Both the position numbers and the translations under genes were made by a program. A DNA stretch of 64,000 bases, taken from positions 28,213 through 92,212 of the forward strand of contig CAITQP010000007.1 of assembly GCA_903894565.1 (NCBI GenBank), in the 5' to 3' direction. Under the pieces are notes generated by a model. The model saw only the letters and a program-made list of their open reading frames with translations, did not search any database and was not told where the DNA came from. Below, one piece after another: positions 56,745-64,000 of the stretch (position 1 is its first letter; every line of letters starts with the position of its first letter). The stretch comes from an uncultured bacterium (GTDB lineage: Bacteria; Patescibacteriota; Minisyncoccia; Phycocordibacterales; UBA9973).

Positions 56745-57770
56745 CTATTTTTTCAAAACTGAAAAAATTCCCGTAATCGCGCGAGGTGGAGCGGTGTCTG
56801 GAATCAATGTTTGTGTTGCTCGACGTGCGTCCTCTTTCTTTGCGCCTTGATTCATAAGATACATACTATATGCCTCTCTCAATGCGGTTAACAGTTGAGT
56901 GAGTTCAGCATGCAAGGGTCCATCGGGAGCAACTCCTTTTTTTGTAAGACCTGCAAGTATCGCCTCGGTATCATTTTCGTGCATTTCTGTATTTTGAAGC
57001 AAGTCAGTAAATGAATGCTCGAGTGCAGCAATCGCCTCATTCTTTCGTCGCTGGAGATTCTCTGCACTGCCATTCGCACGTAGTCGCTCAAACGAGATCA
57101 TGATAATGATCGTCGCAAGCCAAACGCAAGCGAGAATAGTGAAAAATGTCACATCCGGTTTTTCGGTAATAAAAAGATTAAACAAGCTATGCCCCGCGAT
57201 CGCAAGCGAAAGTCCAAAAATTGCGAAAATTATTTTGGTCGTACGCTTCTTAAAAAAGGCAAACCCGAGCGCGATACCAGGCAAACAACTAACAACTGCA
57301 TGCATTAATGTTGTTCCAAGAAAACGCATTGAGCCAGCGAGAATAAGTATATTCGTTGTTCCTGTTTGTAACGGCTGCAAAAAATACAAAGAATTTTCAA
57401 ACCCAGAAAACCCGAGCGCAACAATCATCATGTACACTGGGTAATCAATCGGTGATTCAACTGCAGACGACATAAACAGGACAAGTAAAAATGCAATAAA
57501 CTTGAGCACCTCCTCACTCCCCGCCCAGAGTACCGTTAATGTATTTGGATTATTTGAAAACACGAGCATGAATTTCTCGACAGGAAGCGCCATCACTACC
57601 ATAAAAACACCGCCGAGAAATGCGAAGAAAAAAGAACTAAACGAACGTGGTCGCTCACGTGTTTCGCGGATCCAGAAAAAAATCCAAATAAGTGCGGGAA
57701 TCACACCGGCGATCAACGCAAGTGAAAGTGTATTTGGATCCTGTGCGAATGAAAGGTCTATATTTTGCAT
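56745..57770 (-). CDS. PrsW-family intramembrane metalloprotease
   Basis: PALIW..FW, EEVLK, ALGFSGFEN..Y, MH, H.LFN. Confidence 0.85.
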   Translation of the reverse strand: MQNIDLSFAQDPNTLSLALIAGVIPALIWIFFWIRETRERPRSFSSFFFAFLGGVFMVVMALPVEKFMLVFSNNPNTLTVLWAGSEEVLKFIAFLLVLFMSSAVESPIDYPVYMMIVALGFSGFENSLYFLQPLQTGTTNILILAGSMRFLGTTLMHAVVSCLPGIALGFAFFKKRTTKIIFAIFGLSLAIAGHSLFNLFITEKPDVTFFTILACVWLATIIIMISFERLRANGSAENLQRRKNEAIAALEHSFTDLLQNTEMHENDTEAILAGLTKKGVAPDGPLHAELTQLLTALREAYSMYLMNQGAKKEDARRATQTLIPDTAPPRAITGIFSVLKK

Positions 57771-58901
57771 TTATCCAAGTTTTCGAAGTGCGAGACCAAG
57801 AGCGACAGCAAACTCTGGACCAGTTTCGGCAAGAACTTTTGCTACGAACTCTGGTACCTGAACTTTATCAAAAGGATTACCATAGACAACTTCAGTACGA
57901 AATACATCAGACGCATGTTCACGAAAACCAGGGAGCAACGAACCTGCGCCAGTAAGGATCACTTTTGAAATTGGCTTCTCGTATTTACGCTCAAACGCTT
58001 GGATCACAGTCTGCGTTTCAGACAAAATATAATCAACAACAAGTTTCGCAACATCAGATGCTGCTCGGTTGTTACCGTTACCGACTATTCCAATATCACG
58101 TTTCATATCTTCAGCTTTCGCAAAAGATACGGCAAGCGAATTGGCGATATTGGAAGTAATATCAAATGATCCTTTGTTAACAATGTGAAAACTACGCACG
58201 ATGCCGTACTCAACAACTGCGAGTTTCGTTTTTGATGCACCAAAATCAACCAACAGTACCGCTGAAAGTTCGTGAGCAAACGTTGAACGAATCGAAGAGA
58301 AAACCTCGATCTCAAAAACATCACAATTGAGTCCTGAAATTTTCGTAAGGTCACGATATTTTGATAAGGTATCGTTATGTATTGCCGCAGTCAATACCTC
58401 AGATTTTGCAGGAAGTATCTCCGCCTTACTTCTCTCGTCTTCATAAAAACCTTCTTGACGATGTGGAATAACCCAGTAATCAAGTGTCACTTCTGAGATA
58501 GGTACTGGAATAAATTTGCGTGCTTCTGTAGGAACAATATTTGGTAAATCTCGTTCCGTGATTGTCGCTGGAATTTCAAGCAAAAAAACAAGCGAAGCAG
58601 AGGAAGGAATCGAGAGGGCTGCTTCTCGAGTACTGATTGAACCTTCCTTCAATGCATCCCCGATCGCCTTTGCAAGCAGGTCAGAAGAAAGATTGGTGGT
58701 TGCACCAACGTCAAGATTCGCATACGGACCAAGGGCCAGCGTGCTATATGTCCCAAGTACCGCGCGTCCATTCATTTTTTTTAGCTCGACGAGCTTAATA
58801 CTTGAAGTACCAATATCGACGCCAACGGCAATCTCGACTGAAGGGGTCCCGCGCAAAGCGTTTAGGTTGAATTCGGCCATGATTTTTTTAAACAGGTTCA
58901 T
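57771..58901 (-). CDS. pilM: Type IV pilus assembly protein PilM
   Basis: GVDIGTSSIKLVEL, EARKFIPVP, VDFGAS, LTGAGS, FAVALGLALR. Confidence 0.92.
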   Translation of the reverse strand: MNLFKKIMAEFNLNALRGTPSVEIAVGVDIGTSSIKLVELKKMNGRAVLGTYSTLALGPYANLDVGATTNLSSDLLAKAIGDALKEGSISTREAALSIPSSASLVFLLEIPATITERDLPNIVPTEARKFIPVPISEVTLDYWVIPHRQEGFYEDERSKAEILPAKSEVLTAAIHNDTLSKYRDLTKISGLNCDVFEIEVFSSIRSTFAHELSAVLLVDFGASKTKLAVVEYGIVRSFHIVNKGSFDITSNIANSLAVSFAKAEDMKRDIGIVGNGNNRAASDVAKLVVDYILSETQTVIQAFERKYEKPISKVILTGAGSLLPGFREHASDVFRTEVVYGNPFDKVQVPEFVAKVLAETGPEFAVALGLALRKLG

Positions 58902-58933
58902 GAATTATTAGGATGTAGAGATAGTATAGCTCC

Positions 58934-60007
58934 CTACTGTAAAAAAGCCAGTCCGTCGGGGCGAGCTCGCATCGCGATAATGTCGCTCCATACTCGGTCG
59001 TCCTCTTGACCAAGAGCCCATGCAGAAAATCCTCGAAGATTCTTGTCAGTAACCAACGCGAGCTTGGTTTGAAAACTTCGCTGATCTTCGTACCACGCTA
59101 TATATTGTCTATTCTGCTTTACATAGGTTACATACGATACACCGAGGTCATCAGACCATCCCTTCGTCTGGTATGCACCACTCGAAAGCAACTTCGCGAC
59201 AGAGCCGTACGTAACGATATGATCGAGCTTGCCTGTTTTTACACGATCTACCCAGGTATAAAACGCTACACCAAGGGAGACCTTGTTCGCTGGGATTCGA
59301 GCAAGCGTGTAATCAACGACCTGCTTTACCCATGGAAGCGCTGCGGTTGGACCAACGGAACGTGAATCGTCATATGCCATCACCGAAACAAAATCAACTG
59401 ATTTTCCGATTGCCGTGTAATCAAATGCTCCAGTCCAATTCTCGTATGATCCACCACCATAATCTGCGATCGCGTCCGAATGACGCGGAGCAAGGGCAAC
59501 CGACAATTGCAAACCTGCTGCGTGAAAATATGGAGCACTCTTTGCGACAAATGCTGAGTACAAATCTCTGTCGCTCGCCATCATATGTTCGAAATCATAT
59601 TGAAATCCAATGTATCCCCTCAGTTTTGCCTCAGCAATCAAATCAATAATCAATTTATTTTCGGCAGTATCGTTTTGCAAAAATGCATGCACATCATTTT
59701 GGCTGAAATATTGATTCACAACAAGCGGCATCACTTGTGCACCTGCATCACTCGCGATTTTGAGGATCGTTTGACTTGGCGAACCAAGTAATTTTCCTGT
59801 TTTTGTCGCAGCGTACGTTTGTGGCGCAACAATATCCATAGCCGTAACATGTTTTCGTAATGAATCGATGCCACTCTTTGTTGCAGTCACATACAATAGT
59901 GCGTGCGGAGTCGCGGAAGAAGGAGTGTCAGCAAAGACAGTTGTCGAAACACCACAAAAAAGAATCACTGAAAAAATGATTGAGGAAAAAATGCGCAAGC
60001 TATGCAT
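58934..60007 (-). CDS. Secreted GH18 glycoside hydrolase (YaaH/SleL-like)
   Basis: Signal peptide, GFQYDFE, VMAYD, KVSLGV, WYED, GFSAWALGQED. Confidence 0.85.
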   Translation of the reverse strand: MHSLRIFSSIIFSVILFCGVSTTVFADTPSSATPHALLYVTATKSGIDSLRKHVTAMDIVAPQTYAATKTGKLLGSPSQTILKIASDAGAQVMPLVVNQYFSQNDVHAFLQNDTAENKLIIDLIAEAKLRGYIGFQYDFEHMMASDRDLYSAFVAKSAPYFHAAGLQLSVALAPRHSDAIADYGGGSYENWTGAFDYTAIGKSVDFVSVMAYDDSRSVGPTAALPWVKQVVDYTLARIPANKVSLGVAFYTWVDRVKTGKLDHIVTYGSVAKLLSSGAYQTKGWSDDLGVSYVTYVKQNRQYIAWYEDQRSFQTKLALVTDKNLRGFSAWALGQEDDRVWSDIIAMRARPDGLAFLQ

Positions 60008-62564
60008 GTTTTTTTGAGTGCGTTTTTGCATGTGGTGCGATGAGATCTTCTCCATTGTGATTCCAAAAGTGATAATACGCAAGTTTGAGTGCTTCACTCG
60101 TCACAAAATACAAACAAACAATCGCGACGATAGTACAGATATTAAAGAACGACGGACTCACGAATCGGAAAAATGTGTGGCCAAACGTAGTAAACGGAAT
60201 TCCAACCGCGATACCAACGCAACAAACTGAAAGAATCATCAGCGCACGAGAAGGCATCTTTGCCTTCCAAAATGGTTCACGAGTACGAATAGAGTACACG
60301 AGCGCAAGTTCAGTCAAAACACTTCCGATAAACCAACATGTTTGCAGTGTTTGTTCACTTGAGTGATAGAACGTTGCGAAGAAAATAAAATCAAACAATG
60401 TTGACACAAGACCGAGAATGATCGCGATGAGCACAATTTCATGAACACTATATCGTCGAGGCTTTTTGATATCACGGGAAGCAACCGTATCGGTGGCAAT
60501 TGCAAGCATCGGAGAATCAGAAATGAGGTTGAGCAACAAAATCTGAATCGGAAGCATCGGAAGATATGGCAAAATAAGTTGCGCGATCGCAATCGTATAA
60601 AAATTTCCGAATGTAGAGATAAGACTCGTCTTCAAATACTTCACCGTATTTTCAAATACGGCACGACCACTCTTGATGCCTCCAATGATCACATGGAGTG
60701 ATCGATTCAGCAAAACAACATCAGCTGCATCGCGCGCAATATCAGACGCATTTGAAACAACAAGTCCAACCGAGGCAATCTTGAGCGCAGGCGCATCGTT
60801 GATACCATCGCCGAGATACCCGACAGATTTGTCTTTGGAAAGTATCTCAATCACACGATACTTCCCTGCAGGCGACATCCGCGCAAACACGTGATATTCG
60901 TGAACCGCTTCATTTTGTTCCGCGGGCGAAAGTGCAAGAAGTTGTGCTTCGGTGATGACCTTAGATGCATCAGTGACAATGCCGACTTCGCGGGCGACGG
61001 CGCCGGCTACGTCGGCGCCGTCGCCCGTCAAAATAACAATAGATACTCCAAGATTCTCAGCTTCGAGAATAGCACCTTTTGTCGTCGTCTTTACTGGGTC
61101 ACTAAATGAAACACATCCAACATAAGTTAGTTTTTTCTCGTCTTTGTCACAAGCCTTTGGATGAGTACAAACGCCACGCGCAACAGCAAGTGTACGGTGA
61201 CCTGCCTTACCCTGAGAAGCAACCCACTCCATGATTTTTTCGATCTCTTCTTTTGAAAGTGTGGTCAGTGCAAGAATTGTTTCAGGTGCACCACGAACAA
61301 CAACTTCGCTGGTATTTTCTGTGCCATGTTTTACTGCGACAGACACGCGACGACGGTTGGGATCAAACGGAATTGATGACACTCGACTATATATCTTGAG
61401 TGCCTCGCGTTCTGGTCGAGTCATCTTTTGGAACACAGCGAGATCAAATGCATCCACCGGCTCTTTGTCGGATGAGATCACTTCGTTTGAAGCAAGCGCA
61501 GCATACCCGAGACATTCAGATTGATCGACGGCGTTGATCGTTTGAATAGAAAGATGATTTTCGGTGAGGGTTCCCGTCTTGTCGGTACAAAGTATTTCGA
61601 TGCTTCCAAGATCCTCTACTGCGGAGAGACGTTTAACGACGACATGCTCTCGTGCAAGTCTGAGCGCTCCACGAGAAAGTGACAATGTCGTTACCATCGG
61701 CAACGCTTCCGGAATCACAGAGATCGCAAGAGCAACGGCGAAGAGTAAAAGCTCCACAATGTTATGTGTTCCTTTGATAATAAGATTCACGGCAAGGAGA
61801 ATAATCAGAATCACTGACACCATTTTCATGATGAACTCTGCAAACATTCTGATTGATAACTCAAATGCAGACAAATGATCTGTCTCCACCGTCAATGTCG
61901 CGATTCCTCCAATTTCAGTATTCTTCCCAGTTGCAACAACAACACCGACGCCACGGCCACTCGTTACGGTCGTTCCAGAATACGCCATATTTACCGCACT
62001 TCCGATATCAAGCGCTTCTGTTTTTTGAGCATCGCCGATTTTGGTTGCAGGAGCTGATTCCCCAGAAAGAACTGATTCATCTATTGAAAGACCTGTTGTT
62101 TCGATAAGGCGAACATCGGCGTCGATGATATCCCCTGTTTCAATAATAATGATGTCACCAGGAACAAGTGCTCCGGCATCAATTACAAGTTCTTCACCAT
62201 TACGACGTACTCGTGCGTGTGGATTCATGAATCGCTTTAAAAGAAGAAGCGAGCGAGCAGAGTGATATTCCTGAAAGAATGAAATACATACGTTCACGAG
62301 AACGAAAATAGTAACGATCACTCCATCTGAAACCTGACCGAGAAGGAGCGCGAGTACTGCTGTCGCAACAAGTATATAGACAAACGGAGACTTAACCTGA
62401 CGAACAAGAATGGAAAACCATGACACCGCGTGAGCCTCAAGTTCGTTGGGGCCAACCTCAGAAAGACGCTTTGTGGCTTCAGCGGACGTGAGTCCGCCCT
62501 CCCGGGTTTTCATTTCAGCAAACAAATCGCTCGTGCTTTGTGTTGTGTGTGTTCCAATTGCCAT
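60000..62564 (-). CDS. mgtA: P-type ATPase, MgtA-like Mg2+ transporter
   Basis: LSGES, IPEALP, CTDKTGTLT, PFD..RRR, TGD, GDGINDAPALK, STFGN, PMLPIQILLLNL. Confidence 0.8.
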   Translation of the reverse strand: MAIGTHTTQSTSDLFAEMKTREGGLTSAEATKRLSEVGPNELEAHAVSWFSILVRQVKSPFVYILVATAVLALLLGQVSDGVIVTIFVLVNVCISFFQEYHSARSLLLLKRFMNPHARVRRNGEELVIDAGALVPGDIIIIETGDIIDADVRLIETTGLSIDESVLSGESAPATKIGDAQKTEALDIGSAVNMAYSGTTVTSGRGVGVVVATGKNTEIGGIATLTVETDHLSAFELSIRMFAEFIMKMVSVILIILLAVNLIIKGTHNIVELLLFAVALAISVIPEALPMVTTLSLSRGALRLAREHVVVKRLSAVEDLGSIEILCTDKTGTLTENHLSIQTINAVDQSECLGYAALASNEVISSDKEPVDAFDLAVFQKMTRPEREALKIYSRVSSIPFDPNRRRVSVAVKHGTENTSEVVVRGAPETILALTTLSKEEIEKIMEWVASQGKAGHRTLAVARGVCTHPKACDKDEKKLTYVGCVSFSDPVKTTTKGAILEAENLGVSIVILTGDGADVAGAVAREVGIVTDASKVITEAQLLALSPAEQNEAVHEYHVFARMSPAGKYRVIEILSKDKSVGYLGDGINDAPALKIASVGLVVSNASDIARDAADVVLLNRSLHVIIGGIKSGRAVFENTVKYLKTSLISTFGNFYTIAIAQLILPYLPMLPIQILLLNLISDSPMLAIATDTVASRDIKKPRRYSVHEIVLIAIILGLVSTLFDFIFFATFYHSSEQTLQTCWFIGSVLTELALVYSIRTREPFWKAKMPSRALMILSVCCVGIAVGIPFTTFGHTFFRFVSPSFFNICTIVAIVCLYFVTSEALKLAYYHFWNHNGEDLIAPHAKTHSKKHA

Positions 62565-62672
62565 ATGTGGATATAATTATAGCCTATTTTGAAATGTGAT
62601 ATACTGTTTGAGTCGATTTTTTTAGTGGTTTACTTAGAACACTACTATGCTCGGAGGACACTAATACGGCGA

Positions 62673-62704
62673 GGAAAGGGGCGAGCGTAAGCTCGCCCCT
62701 TTCC
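62673..62704. other. Perfect 14-bp GC-rich hairpin with GTAA loop in divergent intergenic region
   Basis: ggaaaggggcgagc-gtaa-gctcgcccctttcc. Confidence 0.7.
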
Positions 62705-62715
62705 GTACTTATTTT

Positions 62716-63936
62716 ATGACCACACATACTCTCAAAAAAAATCCGTGTGCCGCTTGCGGTACAAGCCCCGTCAATCATCCCCGTTTTTATCTCGGGTCAG
62801 TACTTGAAAGTACCATCGAAACAACCATGGGTTTCCTTTTTGGATGGATCCGTGTCCCCCGCGAAGGAAGAATCTCAAACATCATCACCGCGGGACTTGT
62901 TGGTTTTTTTCGAATCATAGGACTCGCACATTTTGATACCGATACAGAAAAAGCAATCAGCGGAAGATCAAAACTTATTTGGGAGGAAGCCAACCGTCGA
63001 AAAATCCCGATGCAACAGATCGTTATGTTTGGAAAACACCTTGAACAATACCGCGCAAAGGTTGGTGGCTCATGGGTGTACTTTCAAAGTATCCCTATTC
63101 CTTTCTGGCTTCCTCAAAAAGGCTACGACTGGATGGATGACAAATTTAAACTCGGAGCACATCTTGAAAAAGCAGGGATCCCAACACCGAAAGTAATGCA
63201 TGGATGGAGCTGGTTTAAGATTCGTAGAGCATTTGCTGACTTTAAGAAACCAGTTATTATCAAACCACGTTCTGGTTCACGAGGCAGACACACTACAACA
63301 AACATTCACACCGAGGCCGAGCTTCGCTCGGCCTACAAACTCGCGCGAATGATTGCTCCCGAACTCGTCATGGAAGAACACCTCTATGGTTCGGTGTACC
63401 GAGCGACGATAGTTGAGAGCAAGCTTGTGGGATTCTTTCGTGCCGATCCCCCACAGATCACCGGTGACGGAGAACATACAACCAAAGAACTTATTGAAAG
63501 AAAAAATCTCCAAAAAAATACTGATCCCCTCAAAAAAGAAAAGCTTGGTGACATAGCGATCAATGAAGATTTAATTTCATTCATCGCTCGACTCGGATAT
63601 ACGCTCGAAAGTATTGTCCCCAGCAATCTCACACTCGACCTCTCTGCCAAAACCGGCCGCCTCTATGGTGGATATACTCGTGAGATGATTTCCGAGGTCC
63701 ACCCCAAAATGCACGAGATTTTTGCCAAAGCAGGAAAAGCGATACAAGCTCCCATTGTCGGTTTTGATCTCATTATCGAGCGACCGACTGAAGATCCCGA
63801 CACACAGACATGGGGCATCATCGAAGCAAACTCGCTTCCCTTCATTGATCTCCATTATTTTGCACTCGAAGGTACGCCAAATAATATCGCCATTCCAATA
63901 TGGGATGTGTGGGAAGACCACTACAAAGTATTCTAA
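62716..63936 (+). CDS. ATP-grasp ligase, cyanophycin synthetase/GshF-like domain
   Basis: DDK......L..AGIPTP, PVIIKP..GSRG, EEHL.G..YR, GDG..T..ELI..KN, GFDLI, IIEANS.P. Confidence 0.75.
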   Translation: MTTHTLKKNPCAACGTSPVNHPRFYLGSVLESTIETTMGFLFGWIRVPREGRISNIITAGLVGFFRIIGLAHFDTDTEKAISGRSKLIWEEANRRKIPMQQIVMFGKHLEQYRAKVGGSWVYFQSIPIPFWLPQKGYDWMDDKFKLGAHLEKAGIPTPKVMHGWSWFKIRRAFADFKKPVIIKPRSGSRGRHTTTNIHTEAELRSAYKLARMIAPELVMEEHLYGSVYRATIVESKLVGFFRADPPQITGDGEHTTKELIERKNLQKNTDPLKKEKLGDIAINEDLISFIARLGYTLESIVPSNLTLDLSAKTGRLYGGYTREMISEVHPKMHEIFAKAGKAIQAPIVGFDLIIERPTEDPDTQTWGIIEANSLPFIDLHYFALEGTPNNIAIPIWDVWEDHYKVF

Positions 63937-63941
63937 CTATC

Positions 63942-64000
63942 ATGTACGAACAAATCACCGAACAAGAACAAAAGGAACAGAACCCATTCCGAACAATGGA
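63942..64000 (+). CDS. Start of a downstream ORF (partial)
   Basis: ATG 5 nt after the previous stop, open to window end. Confidence 0.3.
   Translation, partial: MYEQITEQEQKEQNPFRTM

Noticed and set aside
62565-62715. M-box or mgtL-type Mg2+ leader for mgtA
   Set aside because: The intergenic region is short and I see no M-box core or Pro-rich leader peptide.

Overview
This looks like a chromosomal segment of a small-genome Patescibacteria (CPR, Parcubacteria-like) bacterium. That call is an inference from the shortened RF2, tRNAs without encoded CCA, the CPR-style type IV pilus cluster and extended -10 promoters with very short leaders. Layout: (1) 1-15.4 kb is an accessory patchwork of small enzymes and membrane proteins plus orphan genes with their own canonical promoters, several with Bacteroidota-like features, including an NHL protein with a T9SS-like C-terminal domain. 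(2) 15.4-31.9 kb is an island accreted at the 3' end of tRNA-Gln(CUG). It holds a ~12.3 kb element with type III R-M, a tyrosine recombinase, an excisionase and a large serine recombinase whose C-terminus is predicted to swap on excision. Distal to it lie two 174-bp att-like modules that delimit single-gene cassettes. (3) 32-46 kb carries housekeeping genes (LOG, pyrG, ftsXE, prfB, gatA/C, ligA) and a tRNA cluster. In the cluster, tRNA-Thr(GGU) is split by a very compact 181-nt group I intron next to a free-standing HNH endonuclease. (4) 45.8-58.9 kb is a complete type IV pilus locus. (5) The window ends with a GH18 protein, an MgtA-like P-type ATPase and an ATP-grasp protein. Additional non-coding signals are a pseudoknotted leader with a start-codon-sequestering hairpin before the type III mod gene, and a 55-nt covarying core found twice inside unrelated long inverted repeats. 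All product calls come from motif recognition by eye, with no database searches.
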